Shown: positions 17,734-26,338 of the stretch, piece by piece
Position numbering within the stretch: position 1 is the first letter of the stretch
How the letters are laid out: each line of letters opens with the position of its first letter
Virus genome (UHGV): UHGV-1376076
DNA: 36,108 nucleotides
DNA from: a virus
Strand: one strand, 5' to 3'
Program-made: the position numbers and the translations under genes
The notes under the pieces: generated by a model
The model's input: only the letters and a program-made list of their open reading frames with translations
The model's database searches: none
What the model was told of the DNA's origin: nothing

Positions 17734-18807
17734 ATGACAAAATGGAATGTCACACTAAGTACTACAGAGCCCTTCAATTACATTGGCATGATCCAAGTTA
17801 GACAAGGCAATAAGAATTCCGAAGTTATGGAAGCAACCATCACTGAAAATGGAATGCCTTATGATCTAACTGGTTGTAAAGTCTATTTTGAATCAGTTGT
17901 CGGTGACAAATATCCAGTCCAGCTAGGAACTAAAATTGTTGATGCGAAAAAAGGGAAAATTCAGTACACATTTGATCAGTATTCGATGCAGATGTTGCAT
18001 CGACAAACAGCAGATTTTATCATTTATAAAGATGATGAATTAATCGCTACGACGCAAGATTTCTCTTATTTTGTGATTAAAGCTGTCTCAAAAACAGAGG
18101 GTGAAATGGGTTCTTACTGGCAATCTGTAGAAGATTTGATTGTAGATATGACAAACTTCATCAACGAAAATAAAGGCGACTTCACAGCATGGATGAATGC
18201 ACGCAAGGATGAGTTTGATCAGTGGCGGAAAAATCAGCAAGATACTTTTGAAGCGTGGCGGAAAGGACAAGAATCAGATTATTTAAGTTGGTTCGGATCC
18301 ATCAAAGATATTCTAGCGTCGATTGATCCTGGTGGAACCATGTTAGCTGAATTGATGGATGCGAGAGTAGATATTCAAGGAGTACGGCATGAGTCAATCT
18401 CCGAACGTTTACTTGCAGATTTGAATTTTATTTATGAAAAGATAAAATCTCAGCTAGATTTGATTGTTCATGACTATATTCCTGTAGGCAATAAAATCAC
18501 CATCGAACATGATTCTGAATATCAACCTGATGTTAAAGTAACTTATTATCAAAATGCAATAGGAACTGAAATTGAAGGTCTAGACACTACAGACAGTTTT
18601 GGTGGAGGTACCATTTATAATGTATTAACACAATTGAGCTTTGATCGAAAAAAAGTACATGTAGAAATGCCCCAAAAATACACAATTAGTGCAAATGATT
18701 ACATCATAAAAGACAAAAACACTTTAGTTATTATCGATGGGAATGAAACATTATGCTTCACGATGCCATCTGCTACTATCCTTAAAGCGTATGTTGACGG
18801 ACAATAG
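17734..18807 (+). CDS. BppU-family baseplate upper protein
   Basis: Its N-terminal domain resembles BppU. It lies after Tal. RBS AAAGGAG. Confidence 0.65.
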   Translation: MTKWNVTLSTTEPFNYIGMIQVRQGNKNSEVMEATITENGMPYDLTGCKVYFESVVGDKYPVQLGTKIVDAKKGKIQYTFDQYSMQMLHRQTADFIIYKDDELIATTQDFSYFVIKAVSKTEGEMGSYWQSVEDLIVDMTNFINENKGDFTAWMNARKDEFDQWRKNQQDTFEAWRKGQESDYLSWFGSIKDILASIDPGGTMLAELMDARVDIQGVRHESISERLLADLNFIYEKIKSQLDLIVHDYIPVGNKITIEHDSEYQPDVKVTYYQNAIGTEIEGLDTTDSFGGGTIYNVLTQLSFDRKKVHVEMPQKYTISANDYIIKDKNTLVIIDGNETLCFTMPSATILKAYVDGQ

Positions 18808-18848
18808 CAGGCAACTAAGAAGTTATATCTGAAAGAGGTGGGAATAAA

Positions 18849-19244
18849 ATGGCATTAAAACAGATTTACAGAGGAATGCAGAATGGTGCAGAAACAATTC
18901 AAGAGAACTTTGCAGATTTAGATAGTCGCAACGCTTCATTAAATGTAGGGTTAAGTGTCACTAATGGTAACACTGGCACAGCAAAGCTTTATCGTGAAGG
19001 AAAAACCGTCACTATTTATTTTGTTGCGTTGAATGGGAAAAGTAGCGGTGGAAATGATTCAACGATACTAACAATTCCAGAAGAATATCGGCCACCAATT
19101 AGTTTTGAACAACTGGTAGGGTCGATAGATCGTTCTACCTTGAACAGTGCTCAATTATCCATTGGCGCAGATGGAGCAATTAAATGGCGAAGAAACTCAA
19201 GTTATGCATCTGATTATACCTTTGCAATTACTTACACGATTTAG
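18849..19244 (+). CDS. hypothetical baseplate / receptor-binding-associated protein (131 aa)
   Basis: Its position in the distal tail block. RBS GAGGTGGG. Confidence 0.45.
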   Translation: MALKQIYRGMQNGAETIQENFADLDSRNASLNVGLSVTNGNTGTAKLYREGKTVTIYFVALNGKSSGGNDSTILTIPEEYRPPISFEQLVGSIDRSTLNSAQLSIGADGAIKWRRNSSYASDYTFAITYTI

Positions 19245-19260
19245 AAAGGCGTGAATCGAT

Positions 19261-19692
19261 ATGAAGGCAGCATATAGACCAATTGAACCTTATGGCTTTG
19301 AACAAATCATTATTGACGATCATGAAAACATACCAGAAGGTTGCACAGAAATCGTTCCACCAGTGCCCAATTGGAAACCGAAATTTGATTTTGAGAAAAA
19401 TCAATGGAGTGAGTTGGCGACTGAGGAAGAGAAGAAAGGTAGCGCTGTTGATAGCGTAGATGAATCGGCTAATATTAAGGCATTATACGAAACGCTGAAG
19501 GCAGAAAATGATGAATTGAAACAGCTAAATTCTAAAGCAATGCTAAACAATGTAGCAATCAAGCAAGAAAATGTCTTATTGAAAGAAAAGTCAGAAAGTT
19601 TAGCGCAGTTTAATTCAAAAACGATGCTTGCTTCTGTACAAAATACCAAGGAAATCGAAGAAATCAAAAAACAATTACAAGGTGGGAAGTAA
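19261..19692 (+). CDS. hypothetical coiled-coil tail-associated protein
   Basis: Its position between the baseplate genes and XkdX. The C-terminal half is a coiled coil. Confidence 0.45.
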   Translation: MKAAYRPIEPYGFEQIIIDDHENIPEGCTEIVPPVPNWKPKFDFEKNQWSELATEEEKKGSAVDSVDESANIKALYETLKAENDELKQLNSKAMLNNVAIKQENVLLKEKSESLAQFNSKTMLASVQNTKEIEEIKKQLQGGK

Positions 19693-19693
19693 C

Positions 19694-19831
19694 ATGTATT
19701 CATATGAAGATATCAAACTAATGTATGACTGGGGCTGTTTCACTAACGAACAAGTAATGGTTTTCGTTCCGTTGTGCATTACTGAAGAAGAAGCAAACAA
19801 AATCACCAATAAACAAGAGAGCGCATCTTAA
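19694..19831 (+). CDS. XkdX-family small phage protein
   Basis: 45 aa, 'MYSYEDIKLMYDWGCFTNEQVMVFVP', which matches XkdX-family proteins. It lies just before the lysis module. Confidence 0.55.
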   Translation: MYSYEDIKLMYDWGCFTNEQVMVFVPLCITEEEANKITNKQESAS

Positions 19832-19864
19832 CGGTGCGTTTTTTTGTTGGAAAGTTGGTGGAAC

Positions 19865-20107
19865 ATGAAAGAAGAAGCACTTCAAGACGTTGTAGAAAGG
19901 CTAGTAAGAATTGAAACAAAATTAGACAACTACGAATCACTTAGAGAAAAAGCTGATAGTGCAAAAGATTTGGCAGACAAAGCCTACTCAGTAGCGCTAA
20001 ACAACGCAGAAGATATCAAAGAAATGAAAAACAATAATAAATGGGCTTGGGGCTATATGATTGGCTTAGGCATTACAATCATTGGCTATTTCCTAACTAA
20101 ACTATAA
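19865..20107 (+). CDS. XhlA-family hemolysin-like membrane protein (lysis cassette)
   Basis: An N-terminal coiled coil plus a C-terminal TM helix, typical of XhlA. It lies upstream of the holin. Confidence 0.7.
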   Translation: MKEEALQDVVERLVRIETKLDNYESLREKADSAKDLADKAYSVALNNAEDIKEMKNNNKWAWGYMIGLGITIIGYFLTKL

Positions 20108-20120
20108 AGGAAGCGAAAAA

Positions 20121-20321
20121 ATGATTTTACCAGACAAATACTATCAAATCATCAAATGGGCAGTATTGACGGTATTGCCAGCTGTTTCTGTGTTGGTTGC
20201 GACACTTGGAAAGGCATATGGTTGGCAAGAAACAGACACCGTTGTTCTAACGATTAATGCGGTAACAACATTCTTAGGTGTTATCACTGGCGTTTCAGCG
20301 TATAACAACTCAAAAAAATAG
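20121..20321 (+). CDS. holin
   Basis: 66 aa with two TM helices and a charged C-terminus. RBS AAGGAAG. Immediately upstream of the endolysin. Confidence 0.75.
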   Translation: MILPDKYYQIIKWAVLTVLPAVSVLVATLGKAYGWQETDTVVLTINAVTTFLGVITGVSAYNNSKK

Positions 20322-20330
20322 GAGGAGCAT

Positions 20331-21341
20331 ATGAAAAAGAAAATTTTCGTAGGAGCCATTGTGGCTCTTTTTTTATTGCCAATTAACGGGTTCGCTTATA
20401 CGATCAACAATAAATTTAATTTAGGTGCAAATGAAGGTAGTTCTCAAGTAGCAAATAATCAGTATATTTTACTGCATGAAACGGCTAATGAAACAGCAAC
20501 AGGACGCAATGAAGCGCAATATATGCAACGTTCATGGACTAGTGCTTACACTGCTTACATTGTGGGAGACGGCGGAATTGTTTATCAAGTCGGTCAATCT
20601 GGTTATGTGCAGTATGGTGCTGGTTCGTATGCTAATGCCAACAGTCCTGTGCAAATCGAGTTACAACACACACATGATAAAGCAACGTTTGAGAAAAACT
20701 ACAAGGCATACGTTGAATTAGCTAGAGATTCAGCAATGAAATATGGTATTCCATTAACATTAGACACGCCGTATAATCAACCAGGGATCAAATCGCATTT
20801 ATGGGTAACTCAAAATATTTGGGGCGATCATACAGATCCTTACGGTTATCTTTCTGAAATGGGCGTAAGTAAAGAAAAATTAGCATATGATTTAGCTCAT
20901 GGATTTACCGATGAAAATCCAACAACTTCTGAAAACAAGCCTGTCATTGATCCAACTAGAGCAGGTGCTGCAAATCCTACGCTGACAGATGGAACAAATT
21001 ACGCCCACATTGATCAGTTCGGAGAAATCGAAAACGCAAACTTGCATGTGGCTGGATGGCACATTGCTAACTATCAATACGAGTACATTTTTATCATGGA
21101 CTATAATACTGGCAAAGAGTTAGCACGAGTAAATGCTAATGGCGTTTCACGTCCAGATGTAAACCAACCCTACGGCACTTATGGTAATGTTGGCTATCAT
21201 GTTTCTTTCAATATGCGTAATTTTCCTAATAAGAAAGTCTATGTCATGATGCGTGCAACGAATGATCCAGAAGGGAACACTAAAGGCGGAGCGCAAGATT
21301 TTCATGACAAGCGTTGGTATTTAAATATTCCACAACGATAA
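20331..21341 (+). CDS. endolysin: N-acetylmuramoyl-L-alanine amidase domain plus C-terminal cell-wall-binding domain, with an N-terminal Sec-type signal peptide
   Basis: RBS AGGAGG. The N-terminus MKKKIFVGAIVALFLLPINGFA is signal-peptide-like. The amidase region 'YILLHETANE...AYIVGDGG' has an Amidase_5-like signature. The gene sits at the end of the lysis module. Confidence 0.8.
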   Translation: MKKKIFVGAIVALFLLPINGFAYTINNKFNLGANEGSSQVANNQYILLHETANETATGRNEAQYMQRSWTSAYTAYIVGDGGIVYQVGQSGYVQYGAGSYANANSPVQIELQHTHDKATFEKNYKAYVELARDSAMKYGIPLTLDTPYNQPGIKSHLWVTQNIWGDHTDPYGYLSEMGVSKEKLAYDLAHGFTDENPTTSENKPVIDPTRAGAANPTLTDGTNYAHIDQFGEIENANLHVAGWHIANYQYEYIFIMDYNTGKELARVNANGVSRPDVNQPYGTYGNVGYHVSFNMRNFPNKKVYVMMRATNDPEGNTKGGAQDFHDKRWYLNIPQR

Positions 21342-21342
21342 A

Positions 21343-21368
21343 AAAAGCCCCTCGATGAGGGGCGGTAC
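21343..21368 (-). terminator. intrinsic terminator oriented for the minus strand
   Basis: Hairpin gcccctc-gat-gaggggc preceded by A7 on the plus strand, which reads as U7 after the hairpin on the minus strand. There is no U tract for the plus strand. Confidence 0.5.
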
Positions 21369-21485
21369 ATAAAATTATACTTGAATTATTTATTTTCTAA
21401 GAAAAAATCGAAATATTTATTGTTTTTAGGAATTACTTTTGGTTTAATTGTAGATGAAGAAAATAAGCGGAAAAGGTTGTTTATA

Positions 21486-22820
21486 ATGGATTCAGAAAAA
21501 GAAATTATTAAGATAGTAGAAAACTTTGTTTATGGAATTATAAGCATACAACGTTTTAATATTGAAACAGCGGAAAATTCGAAATCACATTTTGAAATAA
21601 GATATAAAAGAGATCCATCATTGTATGCTTTGGATATTGCATTGAGAAGAAAAATTGCTGGGCAGGAATTAACAGAGGCTGATAAAAAGCATAAAAATTT
21701 TTCTAAAATAAAATTATGTTTTGATAATATCGAAGTAAAAGAAGAAGAAGGAAGCTATCTAATAAGAAGTAAACATGGCCTAGTTAACAGCTTAATAAAA
21801 AAACAAAATAAGCAAAGAGAATTAATTTATAGATCAAAAGTACAAAGCCAAAGGCTAGTGGTTGCTAACTTAGTTTCTAGTTTAGAAACTTTACTTACCA
21901 GTTTGACTGAATACGTGTTATTGAATGTATATCGTAACCTTTCTTCTATAAAAGGAGTAACCCTAGATTTAAATGAAATTGATTCTTTTGAAAACATAAT
22001 AGACATAAAAAAATATGCAATTCATAAGTACCTGAACGGGAAAAAGTATGAAAGCTTCAAAAAATGGTTTAAGGATTTTGTTGAGATATGTATAGCTAAA
22101 GATTTTTTAGATAAAGATAACGGAAAAGAGTTAAATGGCTATGCGGAGACTATTTTTGAAATTTTTCTAAGAAGAAATTTGATTACTCATAATGATGGTG
22201 TAGTAAATGAAATTTATTTAGAAAAAGTGAGTAAAAAATATATTGTAGGAATAAAAAAAGGCGATGCTATTTCAGTTAATGATGATTATTTAAAAGAATC
22301 AGCTCGTAACATTTTGCAATTTGGTATTTTATTTATCAGTTATACCCTTTTCAAAAAAGGATTATATAAGAATAATAAAATCATTGAAATTATAGAAGAT
22401 TTAGGTATTGAGCTCTATCAAATTGGAGAATATAAAGCCGGTCAATATTTATTTCAAAGTTTAGACTTGTTTTATTCAAAAAGAGGAAACTATGAAGATA
22501 ATCCATTTACGTTTCTTGCCAAATATAATTACTGGCTTGGGGATAAACTATCTAATAGTAATGTACCTTTTAAATATAATTTAGAAGTTGAAAGTTACTA
22601 TGAGAGCACCAAAAATTCAGATTGGTTTGAAGAACAATTTGAAATAGCAATCTTGTCTTTGAAAGAAGACAAAGAAAAATTTATTGCTAAGTCTTTAGAG
22701 TATTTAGAGTTTATAAAAGAAGAAAAGTATATATTCAACGTGTTGAATTGGCCTGTATTTGATCTTATTAGAGAAGAAGAGTCTTTCATTGAATTTGAAA
22801 AGACTTTATATTATACTTAG
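21486..22820 (+). CDS. large AT-rich moron protein (~444 aa) with a HEPN-like Rx4H motif; candidate abortive-infection/defense protein
   Basis: Its GC content is far below that of the surrounding phage genes. It lies between the endolysin and the att region. The motif 'FLRRNLITHNDG' at about 22170-22190 fits the HEPN Rx4-6H pattern seen in AbiD/AbiF-like proteins. The start ATG at 21486 is uncertain: the ORF is open from 21381 but has no RBS there. Confidence 0.5.
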   Translation: MDSEKEIIKIVENFVYGIISIQRFNIETAENSKSHFEIRYKRDPSLYALDIALRRKIAGQELTEADKKHKNFSKIKLCFDNIEVKEEEGSYLIRSKHGLVNSLIKKQNKQRELIYRSKVQSQRLVVANLVSSLETLLTSLTEYVLLNVYRNLSSIKGVTLDLNEIDSFENIIDIKKYAIHKYLNGKKYESFKKWFKDFVEICIAKDFLDKDNGKELNGYAETIFEIFLRRNLITHNDGVVNEIYLEKVSKKYIVGIKKGDAISVNDDYLKESARNILQFGILFISYTLFKKGLYKNNKIIEIIEDLGIELYQIGEYKAGQYLFQSLDLFYSKRGNYEDNPFTFLAKYNYWLGDKLSNSNVPFKYNLEVESYYESTKNSDWFEEQFEIAILSLKEDKEKFIAKSLEYLEFIKEEKYIFNVLNWPVFDLIREEESFIEFEKTLYYT

Positions 22821-22927
22821 TTTAGTATTGACAGGAGAAATATAGGAGGAGTTGTAAATGCTATCTACTAAAAAAGAATCAAATGAAACAGGGAATGATA
22901 CAATTCTTATAAAAAAATAAGTAAGTC

Positions 22928-22975
22928 GAAGAGAAAAAAAGACCTCGCTCAATCCCGGACGAGGTCTTTTTTTCG
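22928..22975. terminator. bidirectional intrinsic terminator
   Basis: Hairpin gacctcg-ctcaatcccgga-cgaggtc flanked by A7 upstream and T7 downstream. Confidence 0.7.
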
Positions 22976-23127
22976 TTCTTCTATTAGTTTTTCTAACTCT
23001 TGTAAATCTTCAGCGGTAGCCTGTTTCCGAATAAATGATCGAGCAGTGCTGCGATTCCGTAAATAACGAGCATGTTCACGATTTTTTTCTTGCCATTTTT
23101 TGTTTGCAGTAGTTGTGATGGCTTTCC
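22958..23127 (-). pseudogene. C-terminal gene fragment with no start codon
   Basis: The minus-strand frame reads ...AKYGKPSQLLQTKKWQEKNREHARYLRNRSTARSFIRKQATAEDLQELEKLIEERKKDLVRD*. It ends inside the bidirectional terminator. Upstream there is an in-frame stop and no ATG/GTG/TTG start. It abuts the pseudo-tRNA. Confidence 0.35.
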
Positions 23128-23200
23128 GTACTTAGCTCAGTTGGTCAGAGCAAACGGCTCATAACCGTCCGGTCGTAGGTTCGAGTCCTAAAGGGTACAT
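23128..23200 (+). pseudogene. degenerate tRNA(CAT)-like sequence (pseudo-tRNA)
   Basis: It aligns over about 70 nt to the intact tRNA at 24355-24428. It has a 3-nt deletion in the acceptor stem and 4 substitutions, including one that breaks the T-stem. Confidence 0.5.
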
Positions 23201-23713
23201 TAACGTAGCCATTTGAATCGTTGTGTGTTAGAATTTTTTGAAGAGTATTATACAAGCTAAAGCTTTTCTCCATTGCCACTCAAATGAGTGGCTTTTTTAT
23301 GTATTCTTTTATGGATTAATGAAAGGATGTTTCACATAGTTATACTTCTGTATATTTGAAAAGTTTTACTTTGACTTTTAAAATAGAAAGACATTTGGGT
23401 TAAATTGTGAGATAATAATAAAGAAGAGTTTAAAGCGTTCCCCAAAACCACTCCCCCATAAGTGTGTTAAGCTTTAAACTCTTTTATATTTGAAGCTATT
23501 AAACAGCATACCATATAACTGTAAAAAATAATGGGAAAAAGGCTTACAATTGGAGTGATAGTTAATTAGTGACCTATTTTTGATTTTATAGCACTGATAC
23601 TATAAAATATAGATATCATCATATTACACAATCTTAATACTAACTTAAAAATATCTCCTTTTATAAGTATGGTGATAAAATCCGTTCTGGGCTACCTTTT
23701 TAGGTAGCCTACT

Positions 23714-24028
23714 TTAATCTTTATACCTTTCTGGATCAATAAAAGTATACTTTACATAGTCAAATCGTTTATGTTTTGCTCTAACATCTGGGACATTGGT
23801 TACTACATCAAACAAAAAGTATACATCCTTCTTCATTCTCGTTTTCGCAGCAGGAATTTTAAAGTAGTTCTTATTAGAATAATGGAGATTGACTAGCAGG
23901 CTAGTTTCAATTGCTAAAAAGACTACTTCAGTATCCCAGACTTTATATAAATCTTTGACAAATTTTTCTGATGGATCGTATTTAAACCAAAGCAGATGTT
24001 CCTCTAGCTCGATTGTCATGTTTTTCAC
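23714..24028 (-). CDS. hypothetical protein (104 aa) in an AT-rich islet
   Basis: RBS GAGGTG 6 nt before the ATG on the minus strand. A downstream hairpin (gggctacc/ggtagcc) is followed by a T-rich tract. No family recognised. Confidence 0.5.
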   Translation of the reverse strand: MKNMTIELEEHLLWFKYDPSEKFVKDLYKVWDTEVVFLAIETSLLVNLHYSNKNYFKIPAAKTRMKKDVYFLFDVVTNVPDVRAKHKRFDYVKYTFIDPERYKD

Positions 24029-24354
24029 CTCAACAAAAGTATACGAACTAATGTTTGTTTTGTAAAGGATAAAAAATAGGGTAGCAACCGGTACCCAAAC
24101 TAGTACCCATTTATCAAAAACGACGAAATTTATGTAAATAGAAAAATAAGAATAAACATTGATGTATCAACATTTATATATCTTTAGAACAAATGAAAAG
24201 GGTGGTTCTCATAAGAAAAAGATTTGTGTAGATAAATCTAGTTTTTCACTGGCGATTGTGCAATAATAAATTAGCCATCACAACAAAGAATGAAACCCAT
24301 TATTATCTAGTCTATCTCCATTCTTTTTGTTAGCAGGAGTTGTGGTGGCTTCTC

Positions 24355-24428
24355 GTACCCTTAGCTCAGTTGGTTAGAGCAGACGGCTCATAACCGTCCG
24401 GTCGTAGGTTCGATTCCTACAGGGTACA
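24355..24428 (+). tRNA. tRNA with anticodon CAT (elongator Met or Ile2-lysidine type)
   Basis: Cloverleaf: acceptor gtaccct/agggtac, D-arm gctc-agttggtta-gagc, anticodon stem gacgg/ccgtc with loop ctCATaa, T-arm gtagg-ttcgatt-cctac, discriminator A. No CCA is encoded. Confidence 0.8.
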
Positions 24429-24466
24429 TACTCTAAGTGATTTAAAATGCGAATAAAATATAAAAA

Positions 24467-24488
24467 TGACTCCCCTTTTGACTCCCCC
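24467..24488. repeat. 22-bp direct repeat copy 1 (tgactccccttttgactccccc); candidate att core or Int arm site
   Basis: It is identical to 24710-24731, which lies in the last 13 codons of the integrase gene. The sequence is itself an internal tandem duplication of gactcccc. Confidence 0.5.
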
Positions 24489-24595
24489 AAGCAGTATATG
24501 GATGTCTCTAAAAGTTGTTTTTTTAGATAATAAAAAGCTGATAATAAGCGAAAAACACTTAAAATCAGCTTTAAACCCTATTCTCGAAATCCGGC

Positions 24596-24640
24596 GAACC
24601 GGCTAATACCGGCGCGCAGGTTCAAATCCTGTACCTTCCT
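24596..24640 (+). other. 3' fragment of a tRNA gene (T-arm GGTTCAAATCC plus acceptor 3' strand) with no 5' half
   Basis: Sequence gcagg-ttcaaat-cctgt followed by accttcc. There is no complementary ggaaggt upstream. It is followed by its own plus-oriented terminator and lies immediately next to the integrase. Confidence 0.45.
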
Positions 24641-24651
24641 TATATATCAAC

Positions 24652-24686
24652 GATTAGACACGATTTCGATCGTGTCTTTTTTGTTG
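24652..24686 (+). terminator. rho-independent terminator (plus-oriented)
   Basis: Hairpin gacacgat-ttcg-atcgtgtc followed by TTTTTTGTTG. Confidence 0.65.
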
Positions 24687-24691
24687 TATAT

Positions 24692-25897
24692 TTAGCCTAA
24701 AATGTTTTTTGACTCCCCTTTTGACTCCCCCTGAGTACTGTTCTTCATAAATGCTACAAAATTATTGATGACTTTTTTGTTTTGAGTTTCAGTTACGTGA
24801 GTGTAAATATTTGAAGTAGTTTGAATGTCTGCATGCCCTAAACGTTCCTGAACATCTTTTAAAGAAGCTCCTGATTCAAAAAGGAGAGAGGCATGAGTAT
24901 GTCGAAAACCATGAGTAGTGATTCTTTTAGTCAATTCTGGATGATGCTTATATATGACATTAAGCCACGAACGTGAAACTGTAGGGTTATAGAGAAGACC
25001 ATCATGGTGAAAAATTAAGTTTTCGCTTTGGATTGTAACGATCGTTTTGTTTTTTGTATAATACTTTCTCAATAAACTGATCAAATCATTGTCCAGATAA
25101 ATTTTTCTTTTTCCAGATTTTGATTTAGGAGTATTTACGATCAATCTCCCTTGATAACCTCTTGTTACAGTTTTATTAATATTGAGTGTTTTGCTCTTAA
25201 AATCAATATCCGACCAGGTCAGTGCAAAAGCTTCTCCTTTTCTTATACCTGTAAAAGCCAATAGGGAAAAGAATAAATATCTTTCATCATCATCGTTTCT
25301 TATTGCTTCTAAAAATTCGATTAATTCTTCTTTAGTATAAAATTCGATATTTTTATCTTCGATATCTAGAGCTTCTCCACGTGGAATAGAAACTAATTTC
25401 ATAGGATTACTAGTTATAATTTGTAAAGAAGCAGCGTAATCAAAAACATTAGATGTGTAATTTTTTATTTTCTTAAAAATTTTAGGATGGCTATCGGACC
25501 AAGTGTTTACTGCTTCTTGACAGAAAAAAACGTCTATTTTGTCAATGAACTTATCTCCAAACACTTTTAAGATGTGTGTGTCAAAAATTTGTTTGGTGGA
25601 GGACCAAGTGCTTTCTTTAACTGTCTTTTTATAATTTTCAAACCATAAGCCGTAAACATATTCGAATTTCTTGCTCTTTTGAGCTGTAGAAGCTTGCAGT
25701 CCTTTTTCTTGTATATCTGCCTCCAATCTTTTTAAAGCTCTCTCAGCGGCTAATGGGGTACTAAAACCTCGTCTTGTCGTTTTTCTTTTTTTTCCTGTTA
25801 GCGGATCAACTCCTAAGTACAGACTAAACTGATATTTTTCTTCGCCTTTTTTTGTTAAATACTTTTTAATTCGTTTATCAATTTCTTTTTTTGCCAT
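24692..25897 (-). CDS. int: tyrosine site-specific integrase
   Basis: Catalytic residues in 'RHTHASLL...GHADIQTTSNIYTHV' (R, H-x-x-R, Y). RBS AAAGGAAAG before ATG 25897. The ORF is open further upstream to 26005, but that extension has no RBS. The 3' end contains the 22-bp repeat. Confidence 0.9.
   Translation of the reverse strand: MAKKEIDKRIKKYLTKKGEEKYQFSLYLGVDPLTGKKRKTTRRGFSTPLAAERALKRLEADIQEKGLQASTAQKSKKFEYVYGLWFENYKKTVKESTWSSTKQIFDTHILKVFGDKFIDKIDVFFCQEAVNTWSDSHPKIFKKIKNYTSNVFDYAASLQIITSNPMKLVSIPRGEALDIEDKNIEFYTKEELIEFLEAIRNDDDERYLFFSLLAFTGIRKGEAFALTWSDIDFKSKTLNINKTVTRGYQGRLIVNTPKSKSGKRKIYLDNDLISLLRKYYTKNKTIVTIQSENLIFHHDGLLYNPTVSRSWLNVIYKHHPELTKRITTHGFRHTHASLLFESGASLKDVQERLGHADIQTTSNIYTHVTETQNKKVINNFVAFMKNSTQGESKGESKNILG
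24710..24731. repeat. 22-bp direct repeat copy 2 (inside the integrase 3' end)
   Basis: Identical to 24467-24488. It encodes the GESKGES portion of the integrase C-terminus. Confidence 0.5.
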
Positions 25898-26032
25898 CTT
25901 TATCTTTCCTTTCGTACGTTTGTTCGGTTGTACAGCGGATTTCGAGATGGTAAAATAGGGTACAACAAATAGACCTACTTTACCGTAGTTCTTGGACTTA
26001 AACACGCTCGCTTTGGTCGGTGGGGCGTGTTT

Positions 26033-26338
26033 TTATTTTACAGCTTTGATGTACTGCTTATATTGTTCTTTTGAAATATAAAATTTATGTTCACAGTCCT
26101 TACATGTTACCCCGTATTTTTTTTGGAAGAGTGGAAATATGAAAGAACTAAGTGCTATCAAAGCCCCTATTGGAACAATGACAAACCAACCAATTACTGG
26201 AATCCAAACACCAATACAAATAAGTAAAAACCCTACGCCAAAGGCCGCACAACCATTTGCTCCTGGAGTTGTGACATTCACTTTATTGCTGCCACAATTT
26301 TTACATATAACAATATTTTGCCCTACATTATTTTTCAT
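26033..26338 (-). CDS. small membrane protein with N- and C-terminal zinc-ribbon-like CxxC pairs flanking two TM helices
   Basis: CKNCG ... CKDCEH with a hydrophobic core. It lies in the integrase-repressor accessory slot. Confidence 0.55.
   Translation of the reverse strand: MKNNVGQNIVICKNCGSNKVNVTTPGANGCAAFGVGFLLICIGVWIPVIGWFVIVPIGALIALSSFIFPLFQKKYGVTCKDCEHKFYISKEQYKQYIKAVK

Noticed and set aside
20476-21077. ORFs 20476..20721 (+) and 20892..21077 (-) inside the endolysin gene
   Set aside because: Alternative-frame and antisense shadows of the endolysin gene.
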